Assembly: GCA_964188305.1 (NCBI GenBank)
Contig: OZ076888.1
DNA from: Podarcis bocagei
Lineage: Eukaryota
Direction: 5' to 3' (one strand)
Length of the DNA: 64,000 nt
Positions 1 through 12,924 of this stretch are shown here, in pieces. The position numbers and the translations under genes are program-made. Under the pieces are notes generated by a model that worked only from the letters and a program-made list of their open reading frames with translations, made no database searches and was not told where the DNA came from. Numbering within the stretch: position 1 is the stretch's first letter; the number at the start of each line of letters is the position of its first letter.

Positions 1-1561
1 TGGTGTGTCAGTCCACACTCCCGAAGAAGGAATTGCCCCAAACTGGGTAGGCACCTTGAGCAAGCAGAAAGCAGCTCACATAAAGCGATTCTGCCCAATT
101 TAGGATGGTCCATCTCCTGCTGGGCTCTGTACCTCAGAATGTGCTGCTTAGGAGGGCTTTCCAGCTTTTCAGAGTGGCTCTGCAGGGGCCTGCAAAGGGA
201 GTAAAGGATGTGAAAGTCTTCTGCAAGTTTGCTTCCCATCAAGCCACTTTCAGAAGTTATTCCTCTGTGCATTCCGTAGAGGAATAACTTTGGAAAAGAT
301 CTTCACCGTTCTCAGAATTCAAGCCTTTGTGTTGTGTTCAACTAAAGTTTGTTCAAGGTAGACCCATTAATTTCAGTGGGTCTACTCTAGAGCATTTATT
401 TCAGTAACTTCATTATCTGTTCTTTACCCATTTCCTCATGAAAGTTAATAGTTGCAGACTTCCACCCCTGTGTTCTCCCCACATGCTCATTTCACCCCTA
501 TTGGACATCTTCAAGGGGCTACTGTGGGCTTAGGTGTAGGGGGGAAAGTTGGTTTAATTAGAAATAAGGAATATAGGTAATTCAATTACCCATGGATGTC
601 CCTGCTTTTTGAGGTGAGAATGGTTTGTTTGGAACACAGTTTAACATCTGTTGGGAATTGGTGATGGGTAAGCAATTTAAAGGGTGCAAAGAGGTGGACT
701 GAGCTGCTGGTCCCACCACCTCTTTGAAGAATCATGTGGAGTGTGATGCTAAGCATATTTGCTGAGAACTAATTCGTAATAAATTCAGTGGGGACTTTTT
801 CTCTGATGAATATGCTGAGCAATGCATCTTAAGAAAAACAATGTTTCTTTTCAACGTCTATCATAATGACTTTTGGAATACTACATTTTGTATTTAGTAG
901 AAAATACACAAAAGTGATATGTTGTCTGTGATAATATAATTGTTAAGATTGCATAGAAGGGACGAATAAGTCACCAGCATCTGCAGTTCACGAGTTACCA
1001 CACTCCGTCTTTCTGAAACTGTAGCTACAGATGTTTAGGGTTTGAAAAGTGAAGGTTGGAGTGGTCTGACCAGTGACAAATTGATTGCTCTGAATATTCT
1101 CATTGACTGCTATAATCCTAGCCAGTTGGTGTAGCATTAGTTACATTGCACTGTTCCTTTCCTGCCATTAGAGTAGCAGCCAAAATAAATAAAATGTAAT
1201 AGTCATAAAAGAAAGAATCCAGGGTGTGAAAGGAAAAGAGAATAAATGGTTTTGGCTGGTATTTGACTCTTGATTACTAACAAAAGATACAATGTAGGAA
1301 ACTAATGGCAGTTTTATGCAAACTAGGTGCTTTGTTAAACCTCTTGCAGGTCCTTTCAGTGCTTTGCCAGAAAATAGCTGTGGTTAGCAACGTCTAGCAA
1401 CCTGGAGCCTCTATAAAACAGTCATTGTTAGATTTTGTTGGCTGTATTTGGATGTAGTGGGAATGTGGAGAGAAGTAGACTAGTCACATCCTGTCTCAGT
1501 GGATACATGGTGGCAACCTGTCCTTTCGCTTATGTTGAAAGCAATATGTACACCGATGGTG

Positions 1562-1586
1562 CATCATCATCATCATCATCATCATC
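1562..1586. repeat. (CAT)n microsatellite
   Basis: Direct reading. Confidence 0.9.
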
Positions 1587-1594
1587 CAGCCATT

Positions 1595-1973
1595 GGGTTG
1601 TTCCATATCAAGTGATACAACTTTTTTACCTCATGTCATTCAGTTTTCTTAATATTTTGTACACTTGCTGAGTGATCAAAGCTAAGTTTAAATCTATCAT
1701 GCAATAGCAAGCTATCACTCAGCTTTGGAACATGTTTTTAGTTTTGATGTATCTCAATTTTGAACTGAGCTTTTAATGTTTTTGTGTAGTCTGGCAAGGC
1801 CAAAATGGTCAACTTTTTGAAATTTCAAACCCTCATCATTCACAAACGAGATGAGATAAACAATTAAAATTTTAGATTTAAACTTGGTTTTGATCATTCA
1901 ACAAGTGTACAAATTAAGAAAATTGGATGGCACGAGGTAAAAAAAGTTGGATCACTTGATATGTAATGCCGCC
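1595..1973. mobile_element. Non-autonomous DNA transposon / foldback element with ~100-bp imperfect terminal inverted repeats
   Basis: 1595-1696 (GGGTTGTTCCATATCAAGTGATACAACTTTTTTACC...AAATCTA) is the reverse complement of 1873-1973 with scattered mismatches. ATT flanks both ends. Confidence 0.75.
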
Positions 1974-4026
1974 ATTGTTTAGTACAAACAGCTATAGCTG
2001 AGAGATAGATTTGGTGTGTGACCAACCCACTCCCCTTAAAAGAATATGATCTACACCAGAATGCAAGCAGTCATCATAACTCTTCATTCTATATGGCTTT
2101 CCCCCTTAACCTTCTGCTCAGCTTTGAAAACTGTTTATCCCTGGATAAGGAGGTGCCTGAACAGTCTCTCATCATGAAAGTGGTTCTGGGCTAATCAAGC
2201 AAAAAGGGCATCTAGATCACTTTTTATGACCTGCATATTGAGGGCACATGTGGCCAAAATAGTATTCAGGTGAAGGAAGGCTAATGGATGGGTCTTTTTT
2301 CAGAAACCTGGAAGAAATGCGTTTACCCAATAGCCAAGATTGTTATCTCGCTGTATAAATACTGAGACTACACGCTGCTAAATCTAGCCCATTTCCCCCT
2401 TGTTAGAGCAATCTGGGACATGTTTTCTGACACCCACAAGTTCCATCTGAGCTGCTTTCTGCCGTCTGTTTCAATTATCTCATGGCAAGGCTACACAGAA
2501 GAGAGGGAGAGCAGGTCATAGACAAAATCTATCTATTTATTTATATTTTATTTAGGATATTTGATAGATCACTCTGCAGTCCCAAAAGGGACTCTGAGAG
2601 TGGTTCACAAGGGAGCCTTAAAATGCAGGAAAGTAAAACAACAAATAAGGATTTAAAGCAATACAAGCAGCAGCATTTACAAAATGAGAAGAGAGATTAA
2701 GAATAATCACAGAGATGAAAAAAGCCCCAGCTAATTAAAATGTCTTCACCTGGTACTGAAAAGGCATCAGGCACAGCTCCAGACAAGTGCCACAACTAGA
2801 GAGACCCTCTTCCCCATCATCATAAGGTTGTTCCAATTGAAAAGGCCTAGAGAGAATAACAGAGGAAGATACAACCCCAAACATTCTTGTGGAGGAACAA
2901 CCCCACTGGAATTCTTCCCTTCCCACACTTTTTAGCAAGATGTAGCTGGTTCTTAAATATCCTGCTATGAAAAATTTAAGAATGCAAGAATGCATTAAAA
3001 TAAGGTATGTGAGAAGCTGGTAAACCACTTTAGAGCCCCACCACCACCATCAATGCCTTGTTTTAAACAACATTGTTGCAATGATTCTTTGGTCCAGTAA
3101 GTTATGTGGGTATGGATACAGTGGCTTAGCCTTACTCTAGTAAAAGAGGAGGAAAGAGCATTTTTGCAAATTTCCCTTTCTGCTTGATATTGTCCCCCAT
3201 GCTCCCTTTCACCCTATTTTGTAGGGGCCCCCTCCAGTGGGAGCTGCAAGGGGGCGGATGAACCAGCAAAAAATAAAGTTTTCATCTCCTTCTATCTACT
3301 AAATGAAACACCCTTCTGTGAGCTCAGGGGCACCAAGTGGATCCACCCATCGTTGGGGGTTCTTTTTTGTACACATCTCAGGACAGGTATTTTGTGTCCT
3401 TTTGCTATCTGAAGGAACTGGGAGAGCAAGAGACCTGTGTGTGTTTTGAATTAGAGGTTAAAGGACTTCAATAAAGATTAGATGGACCGCTATCTCCCAA
3501 GGAAATTGCATCAAAGTGGTTGCTCCAGCTTGCTCCTGTTAATTTCCTCCCCTTGGCTGTGAGGAGATGTCTCATATCCTGATGCAGCAGACAGGGGATA
3601 AGAGGCACTTTCCATTATCTCAATCACTGCACTGTTTATGAGACACTTAATATGTTTCTTTAAGAAGTAATGTGACTGTGGGGTGATGGATTCCATGTGG
3701 GTGAAGGAATGGGGGGTGATAGAAAAAGCAGTTCTGATGGCTTTTACAATCACAAGGGGAGGGCTGTAGAAAACAAATTGCATTTGTGTGTGTGTGTTCC
3801 GCTCCTACTTTTTCCATTAGATAGCATCCTTTTGTGTTCTTACTGTGTGTTAAGTATAACATCTTGAAACATGACGTTCTTTTGATTTTAAACAATGAAA
3901 TGCAAACATTTTATTTGCATTGATTTCATATTTTTCTTATGTATTTAGAATTATTTTTGTTCACATCTTTTAAAGTTATATATTTGTACTGTGGGATGAT
4001 TGTATTTCTATTGTATTTCTATTTCT

Positions 4027-4334
4027 AGAGCCAGTGTGGTGTAGTGGTTAAGAGCGGTAGTCACGTAATCTGGGAAACTGGGCTGGGTTTGCGTCTCCGC
4101 TCCTCCACATGCAGCTGCTGGGTGACCTTGGGCCAGTCACACTTCTGTGAAGTCTCTCAGCCCCACTCACCTCACAGAGTGTTTGTTGTGGGGGAGGAAG
4201 GGAAAGGAGATTGTTAGCCACTTTGAGACTCCTGAAGGGGAGTGAAAGGCGGGATATCAAATCCAAACTCCTCCTCTTCTTCTTCTTCTTCTTCTTCTTC
4301 TTCTTCTTCTTCTTCTTCTTCTTCTTCTTCTTCT
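4027..4334 (+). mobile_element. tRNA-derived SINE with (CTT)n tail (Squam3-like)
   Basis: Head AGAGCCAGTGTGGTGTAGTGGTTAAGAGC (A-box-like); CORE-like GGGTGACCTTGGGCCAGTCAC; long (CTT)n tail at 4268-4334. Family name is from recall. Confidence 0.8.
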
Positions 4335-5444
4335 ATAACTTAATCCTGCTAATAGATTCCCGCTGCCCAAATGTATCTTAAAAATAACCACCCCTTTAAT
4401 TTCATCTCTTTTTATAGTAGCAGCTGGTGCTGGTGCTGGTGGTGGGAATGAAGTGCTTAAGAGTTTGTTTGGGGTGGCCAAAGATTGACAGGATTCAATG
4501 CTCCTCTTACCCTGAAATTACCACCACCACACACAAAGGAGGCCTCAACTATGCTAGCTGTGGATCTAGCAGGACATTACAAGCAGCAGTAGCTCCACCA
4601 TGGAATATTGCCCAATACCCAATAGGATTACTCTGACCTTATAACTTTAGAAATTTTAATCGTCAAAATCTTCAGGCTGTCAAATAATAGCCCATCACAT
4701 ATAAACTATGGTTCTTATTTCATGGAATATAATCCCTCCTCCATTGCTAACAGTCCTCATTCCCTTTGCATCTATGCATGGTCCATAGTTGCTGTGGTTC
4801 ATCCTCAGAATTCTCCATCTTCACATGTGCTGACCAAAGAGGAAAACTGTTTGTGGCTATACTTTTTCAAGGGACAGCTGGGGTCCTTGTGCATATCCCA
4901 CCAAGGTCCCTATCCCTATGCTTCCTTTTTAGGTCCAGTAAATCCACACAACAAAACACCCACTTTTCTAAGGAGGGATTGATTTGTGCAGGACTAGCAA
5001 TGAATTCCCCAGGGAATTCAGTGTTAGTGTCACCATTCCAAGGTTCTACTCCTTTAATGTCAGCCTGCCATAATTTCCTGGCTCTCTGTATACGCTCTTT
5101 CTCCACTCTTGGGCTGTTCAGGACAAAAGTAAAATGAAGAAAAAGAAGCAAGCTGGCAAAATACAACGACTTAAAACATAACTATGCACTGGGAAACCTC
5201 TGGTTCAGGTCTCTGGTATGGACATACAGGGTGGTCTTAGGCAAGCAATTGTATCAGTGACTCATCTCCCTGCTCCCTCTCCCAGACACATTATAGGGCG
5301 AGGATAATGCCTATTTTACAGTTGAATAAAGGACTCTCAGGTTCTCAAATTTTGCACAGTGCACCATATTGTGTTGGGGCAGAGAGAAGGTGAATCCTTG
5401 GCCTCTAGGACAAATCCTCCATACCTAGCTATCAGCACCCAGCC

Positions 5445-5582
5445 TAAGGGTAGTCAATGTTGTGCCGCCCTCGAGTGTTGTTGGACTCCAATTCCCATCA
5501 GCCCTATCTAGCATGGTCACTGGCTAAGGATGATGGAATTGTAGTCAATCAACATCTGGAGGCCACCATGTTGGCTTCCCTG
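5445..5582. mobile_element. hAT-type palindromic MITE (~138 bp)
   Basis: Internal inverted motif TGTTGTTGGACTCCAATTCCCATCA / TGATGGAATTGTAGTCAATCAACA. Flanks ACCCAGCC and ACCCAGCA form a near-perfect 8-bp TSD. Same family as 24450-24587. Confidence 0.7.
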
Positions 5583-7060
5583 ACCCAGCATATTGATTAC
5601 CTCCTGTAAGCTTCCTGCCTCACACTTTCTGCCTATAGACCATACCCTCCAGTAGCAGTTGAAGAGTGGGAATGAGGGAGAACTCAGCTGGCAACTTGGA
5701 GATGAAGTGGCTTAGTTTGGGTCTGTGCTTTGCTTGCAATACATGAAACAAACAAAGCCCCTGGGAAAAATGGGATTTTAAATAGGAAAACAGCCCGTGG
5801 GAAGTGGGTGAGATGCCTCCCCTTCCCTCCAGCCATTCCTTTGCTCAAAATTCTCCAAAGTCTACTTTTCATGTTTGTTGTTGTTAACATTTTATCAATG
5901 AGCTTTTCGTTTCATTAAAATAGACCATTCCGTGGGGACCTCTTCTCTCCTTCATTGCTGCTTACCCACAGTTTTAGTTGTCATTAAGTCCAATCTTAAA
6001 TAGTACACAGAAAACAATATAACACATACATAGTGCATGTGTCTTGCGTCTGATTTTACCATGACTTTAATCAATATAATGATAAAATCAGATGCAGGAA
6101 ACATGATACCTTCGTTAGCTGACCTACCCTTCTCCCCAACATTCAGGCAGTATTAGATACTACAAAGGGGAAATGAAAGGACAAAAAAGATTTTTAAAAA
6201 AGAATGGATGGATGAATCTATTAAATTGTGGAATACTAAATAATCTATATCATGACCACCTTACCCCTGCATATAGTCACATGAGAAATATTGCTCTAAT
6301 GACCTGGAGGGCACCATATGTTACTCCAGAAACTAATCCCATATGTCTTTGAATTTAACCATGATCTCCAGTCTTGCAAGGCCTAATCACTTTGAGGATC
6401 TCTGTTGTAGCCTCTCTGCTGCCCATTTCTTGTGGTGAGACATAGATTGCTTTTCACTTTTTTCATAGAAAAGCCTAGACTATGCTACATACAGTTTCTA
6501 GTTTGTTTTCCTGTCTCCCCTACCTTCCCAGCCCAAGAGTCCTTGCCTACTTAGAGCAACTCCTTCACCTTCCTCTGAACCAGCCCCTCCATTAGTATAG
6601 GCAAATATTATTCTCCCCAGCTGATAATGTTCACATGTGTGAGTGTCTATGATGAGTCTGAGACATAATGACTTGCGCACGACCACCCAGTGTTATCATG
6701 CATTGCTAACCCCTGCCCTGGAATGGGGGCTGCCCCTACTCAGTCTTCTTCCTCCCCCCCTTGGCTCCATGGGTAAAACTAGAGCTGGGCAACTGAATTG
6801 AGGTGAGGGGAAGAGGGGGAGCACTTCCAATGATGAATCATTCCCACCCATTCTATAGATCCTTCTGCATAGTATTGGACTACATGCACACAGTTGCACA
6901 TATGGGATTCCATGTGCCCACCCATAAAGTGGAAGATGGGTAGCATTTGGGTTTGCAAAGTAAGTTTAGATGGGATAGATAGGGGCAGATGTGGGAGGAA
7001 AAAAAGGTATGAAGAATACTTAATTGTTGAGATACTGTTCTGTGAAGTCCTCTAAGCAAC

Positions 7061-7625
7061 TGTCAGGAGTGAATCAGCAGTAAATCACACTATGGAGATG
7101 ACTCTTTATTAAAACATGTTATGCACAGGAGTGTCAGGTGTAATAAACACAGCAATTCATCTCCAATAGGTCTTGCCCCCATGAAGCAGCTGCTAAGACT
7201 GAAGGTCCCTGGCTTCCCACAACTGCCCAAAGTCCCCTCCTCACCGGGGGTTTCCCCAAGCAGAGGCTGATTCTGTGCATCACCAATTGCTCCTTCACTC
7301 TTTAATCCCTCTTCTGGTTCTGGGAGACAAGCAGGGAGGGGAGCTTGACACAGGAAGAGGGGAAGACACCTGCGACTCTTCACCAGCCTGACTCATCTCT
7401 GCTTCTTGGCCCCTTTTGACTCTTGATTCTGGACTTCTGTCTGCCATAGACTCTCCCAGCTCGCTAAGCCCTGTTAACTCTTCACCTTCCAACATCTCCT
7501 CTTCCCAGACTTCTCCCTCTTCTCCATGTGACCACTCATCGTTGTTCCACCTCCACACACCAGGCTCTGAGCCTTCATCCCTTGGTTCCTCCCACCAATC
7601 ATCTGTGTCCAACCAGTCCACGAGA
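7061..7625 (-). mobile_element. Solo LTR of an LTR retrotransposon (probably Gypsy-like)
   Basis: 565 bp flanked by a GCAAC direct repeat (7056-7060, 7626-7630). The minus strand ends ...CTCCTGACA with AATAAA about 45 nt before the end. The other terminus is a degenerate TGTC (TCTCGTGG). Confidence 0.7.
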
Positions 7626-9408
7626 GCAACCAGTTGCATATTTCTGACTGACCATGCTTTTGGTGTGCTGCTGCTGCTGGATTTGCAACCATTTCTATGA
7701 TTTGTTGTTCATCCAATAACCGAGAGGTCAAAAGTGTGTTAAGAAACAGCTGAAGCCACCAGGCATAATTTCTTCCTCTGTGACCTAAGGGCTGTCTTAA
7801 TTAGTATGACTTTCTGTTGCCACTCTTGAACCATTGGTCGTCTTGGAGTTCCTCTGGCAAGGATTTGAAGAACAGCCTATTGATAATAACTGGTTTTCCT
7901 TTTCCTCTTTCTCAGTTGCATTCTGTTAAAAGCACCAAGTTCATTGTTAAAGCAAACAGAAACTCCCCCTTCAGTTTGCATAATGCTTCAGTGCGTTTCT
8001 TTCTCTGTTCTTCTTACTAGCTCAGCGTGATCCCCCTTATTTTCTCTTCTACTGAGCTACACATGTAGTTAAAAATATAACCCTGGCATCTATCCTGGAG
8101 CACCCTTCATCCATTTTTCATTCACATAGTAACTGATTCATGGAAGACTAGAACTAACTCACCTTTGGGCTGTACATCTTCTGTGTATGTCGGAGCAGCG
8201 AACAGGCTGTCAGTCCACTAATGTTTTGCATACAGGATCACAAGTCATGGAGAGCCAGTTGATTAATGAATCATCACACCAGCAAGGATAAAAACATTAT
8301 TATTGCTCTAGTTGGAGAGGGCTTCCTATTTATGAATTAATTGCTAGCTTCTGGTTGAATAAGCTCTGAGGTGATGGCCTAGAAACACATTAGCACTGGG
8401 TATAGTTTGAGGGAGATAATCAAAAGACCCTTCAGATTGTTGTTGTTGTGAGTGTGCAGGCATTGTAAATGAAGTATGAACAAGTATTAAAAAGCAATCT
8501 CAAGTGAGTTCTTTGAAAAGCTGTAGGCTGAATTTGAGCAGCATTCCTCCAGACAGTCTCTTGCTTCCTTTCTCTCCCCCCCCCCCATTCCTGAGTCTGT
8601 ACCTACCTGTCATGGCAAGGGGATGGGAAATCTCGTAATCTTAGTTGCTGTCACACGGCTTGGATATTTTGCCTGAAAAGGCATATTACCATTCAGTGAT
8701 TATGCAAATCAGACACCCACAGCCAATCGGAGTGGAGAGAATTGTGTAAGTGAGAGTAAGCGGTATGATTTTCTGTCCTTAATGGTGCATCATCCATCAT
8801 TATGATTAGATGAGACAATTCCATGTCAAGCTAATGCTTCTTAACTTTGTTTTTGCTTTATAAATTTATTTCAGCTTCTAAACTTCCCACCCTTATCCTG
8901 CTGCATCAACAGCTAGCTATTATGCAAAGATTTCACACTGGACTCATGTCAACAGCCCATTTTAGCTCACCCATCTCATTAAGACAAATATCCTGGCGGC
9001 CTCTGCTCACTCTGTATCATTGTACATTAGCATCTTAGTGTTAGAAACAAACTTTTCTGAACATTAAATCCCAGTGGCTTTGTTAAATTTTTGCCTGAAA
9101 AAATCTTCTGTGCCAAAGCTGCCAATTAGACTGAAAAGAGCAATGGTGTTTATAGTGTGGTTAAGGACTCATCTGCGAATATCAGTTGATATGCCAGGCT
9201 ACTGGAATTGTGATGGTTGATAATACTTTGCAGAACTGACCAAATGTCATAGGATGAAACTCTGATGCAATGTGCTATTTAAATATATATTTCCATGTAT
9301 TACATATCCTCTTGTTGTGATGGCTTAGGGCTGGTAGCAACAATCTTGCATAGGTATGGCAGCCTGAATTCAAGACATTTAATAGTGTGATCCTATGCAT
9401 GTCTAACT

Positions 9409-9774
9409 GGGATGCAGGTGGTGCTGTGGGTAAAACCTCAGTGCCTAGGACTTGCTGATTGTATGGCCGGCAGTTCGAATCCCCATGGCGGGGTGAGCTC
9501 CCGTCTTTCGGTCCCAGCTCCTGCCCACCTAGCAGTTCAAAAACACCCCTAAGTGCAAGTAGATAAATAGGTACCACTTTATAGCGGGAAGGTAAACGGC
9601 GTTTCCGTGTGCTGCGCTGGTGCCGGCTCACCAGAGCAGCTTCGTCACGCTGGCCACGTGACCCGGAAGTGTCTCCGGACAGCGCTGGCCCCCGGCCTCT
9701 TAAGTGAGATGGGCGCACAACCCTAGAGTCAGACACGACTGGCCCGTATGGGCAGGGGTACCTTTACCTTTACC
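9409..9774 (+). mobile_element. Sauria SINE, full length
   Basis: tRNA-like head (GGTGGTGCTGTGGG...GTTCGAATCCC), (ACCTTT)n tail, and CCTATGCATGTCTA duplicated at 9392-9405 and 9773-9786. Confidence 0.9.
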
Positions 9775-10244
9775 TATGCATGTCTACTCAGAAATAAGCC
9801 CTGTGGCTTATTCCCTGTAGCTTATTCCCAGGTAAATGTGCATAGTTTTGCAGCCTAAAATTTAAAGGAAGATGTAACAAAGAGACATAGATTACTTTAA
9901 TTTTTTTTTCCATTTTTGTATCCCCCGTGCCCCGATTTATCAGAGGGCATCGTGAATGATGGCTCATGTAAGACATCAGAACAGGAATAATGAATCATGA
10001 TTTAGATTCCCCCCCCCTTGAAGAACAATTCTGCAAACCCTTATTAATTGGATCTCTTTTAAAACAAGTTATGCAGTTTGCAGAATGCTTCAGTAATAAA
10101 AATAAATGGGAGTTGTGCTGGAGCAATACTTAAAGAATTACACTTTGTACCAATAAGCTGATCAGATAACTCATTTCAATATTATAAGTTTGGAAGAGTA
10201 CTAAGAAGGCCATCCCTGCCCAAATTATTTTCAGTGGCACGTTA

Positions 10245-10495
10245 CAGTGGTACTTAGGTAGTTGAACGGCTTGGCTCCTGAACAAATCGGCTCCCGAACA
10301 CCGCAAACCCAGAAGTGAGTGTTCCAGTTTGCAAACCTTTTTCGGAAGCTAAATGTCCAACGCGGCTTCTATGGCTTCTGCTTGAGTGCAGGAACTTCCT
10401 GCAGCCAACTGGAAGCAGCGCCTTGGGTTCTGAATGGTTTCAGGAGTCGAACGGACTCCCAGAATGGATTAAGTTTGAGAGCCAAGGTACCACTG
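10245..10495. mobile_element. Tc1/mariner-pogo (Tigger-like) MITE
   Basis: TA-CAGTGGTAC...GTACCACTG-TA termini with TA duplication. Confidence 0.8.
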
Positions 10496-11090
10496 TATTA
10501 CAGAAAGAGGCCCTTTAACATTAAAGAGAATCAGAGTCACTCTGCAGTAGACAGCAGACTTATATGTGGCTTTTTATCCATCTCTCTTCTGTGTGGGGGA
10601 GCTGCCTGCAGCGCCCTAAATCCCAAGCAGGCAGGGGTAGTTTGTCATCTTGTGCTGCCATGAGCCAATTCAGACCACTGGTGAATTGCAGCAGGGCTGT
10701 ACTCACTTGCACAGCCATCTTACATTGCCACATATTCCAAAGAGCTCTGCAGCTTGGTAGCCTTTATCTTTAAAGGAACCCCACAAACTCTGCAAAAAAT
10801 AATCATTCATCCTTAGATGTTCTCTGGCTTTCTAGACCTTGGCTTTTGTTTAATAGATATATATTTACACCCCACCCAATAGAAAAAGTTCTCAGGACAT
10901 TTATCAAACCAGGACCCTTCTGTACAAGGATGTTAAATTCTTTGTTACTATTGATGATGTTCATGTCATATTTTGGAAAATGTCTTGGGAACTGCAACAA
11001 AATTAGATTAATTCAGTTCCTGTCTGAGACATGTATTTTGATGAGAATTTGACACCTTCTTGTTTCTTTCTCTGCCCTTGTTTATTCCAG

Positions 11091-11246
11091 CTTGCACAGC
11101 AGGGATGTTCAAAGCAAACCAGGGTGCCGGGACCTGCACACAGTGCCCCTCCAACAGCCGCTCCACGTCAGAGGCTGCCCACATCTGCACTTGTCGCAAT
11201 GGTTACTACCGGGCTGACTTTGATCCATCAGAGGTTCCTTGTACCA
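11091..11246 (+). CDS. EPHB1: EPHB1 coding exon (exon 4 equivalent), Cys-rich/EGF-like region
   Basis: Polypyrimidine tract and ttccAG acceptor; donor ACCA|GTAAGT; 156 nt. Translates ACTAGMFKANQGAGTCTQCPSNSRSTSEAAHICTCRNGYYRADFDPSEVPCT, the Eph receptor Cys-rich pattern. Confidence 0.96.
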
Positions 11247-12924
11247 GTAAGTAACAACATTTTCTACTGAAAACACATAGGCCTCAAAACTCACCTGGAT
11301 AATGTGTCCTATGAAGGTAGCTGATAACGATTTAGAGTGAGTATTCAGAGTTGCATCGGTGTGTCATGATACCTCAGTGGATCCATTGCCTCTCATGCTC
11401 TGTGGGCCTGGTGGACAATGTTCTGGAATTGTCTTGAAATGATACGGCACTATCCCTTATGGCAGTATCCCTTTCTGTTGGCATGGAAATGTCTCAGCAC
11501 TGTTAATCCTCAGTCTTCAGATCAGCACATGAGCTAGGTACTCTTTATAGCACATACAAAGGGAAGCCTCATTCAGAACAATCATTTTTCAACATACTTC
11601 AGAAAGAAAAAAGAAAAAATCGGCAAAGTGAACGTACTGAGGCAAAACAGAAAAAAAATGAAACAAAACCCCACCAGCTAAGCCATTTACTGTAAGTATC
11701 ATTAACCCAAAGGAAAGGATGTGAAAACACAACCCTTAAGACAAATTATCCTACTCATAATTTAGGGCACAGATGGAAGATATTAACTCTTAATGCTGAT
11801 GACAGCCAGAGATACATTTGTATGACAGAGGAGGAGTTGGAGACTTTGAGTCCTCTGTCTGACCACCACTAATGTGTGACACAAAACGGATCCCAGGACA
11901 GATTTATTTCCATATGTGGTTGCATTTTCACATGAATGCATCAGCAGCTGGGATATGGATACAATATAGTATATATAGTATATATACAATAGTACAAAAC
12001 CCAGCTCTGCTTGAATTCCAAGTTAAGAAGAATGAGGTCGTGACAATATACCTTCAGTATTTACATGCCAGGATCCTTGCCAGAAATATGGGGTGAAGTA
12101 ATAGGATACAGGAAATGCATTATTCTGTGTTGGATTATGTGGGTTCACTGTGGGGGAAGGAGCTGATCCGTGGAAGATCCTGCATTGGGAGAAAGGTTGG
12201 ACTCTGTGATCTTCAGCCTCTTTCAGCCGTATAATTCTGTGGGGAGACGTGAAGGTAAATAAGTAATTTGTGGTTTTTGTGAAAAAACAATTGGTTTGAG
12301 AGAAATAGGGCTACCCTGTGTGGCTCCAAGAAAAGAAGTTGGCTTTTATCCTTCTAACTTCCAGTGCAACTTGCCTATATAGGAGGCCTGTGTTAGCATA
12401 CTGCTTTCTGCAGTTATTCTTCTGTAGGTAACTATGCATGCATGCTTGTGAGATGTCTAATGTGTGTCTGGAATAAGAGATTAATTTTCATATTGTGCCT
12501 GATTCCTGGTAGCAGCGAGTGTAGTAGTAAATAAATCTGTTTTTATTGCCTCTTGTTATATAGCTGATTTACAGTATGTCTCACCAGAGGAGTACTGTAT
12601 AAAAAAGTCAATTTGTTGATTTTTATTTCTACTCGTTAAGACTTAATTTTAAAATGTTCTAATTTGAGGTGCCAGCTGTTCTATTTCCAAGTTGTTACAT
12701 GTCATAGGAGTAAATAAATTTCGTATTGTATATCTGTGGGTGCTGCTGTTCCCTGGTGTAAAAGAAACATGCCTCTCCCTTTCCTGCACATTTCCTGCTA
12801 AGTTGAGCTTAATGCATATTTATGATTGGTGCCACAATGTGAACAATTGCCATTTTAACTGTTGCACATTTCACAAGACAGTTACTAAGAAGCAGTATTT
12901 CAGTAAAAGTTATTTTACACACTG

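Noticed and set aside
4257-4481. Poly-Arg ORF on the minus strand
   Set aside because: It is the reverse translation of the SINE (CTT)n tail.
9275-9736. 153-aa ORF with a near-identical paralog at 62693-62986
   Set aside because: Both are antisense translations of Sauria SINE copies, not a duplicated gene.
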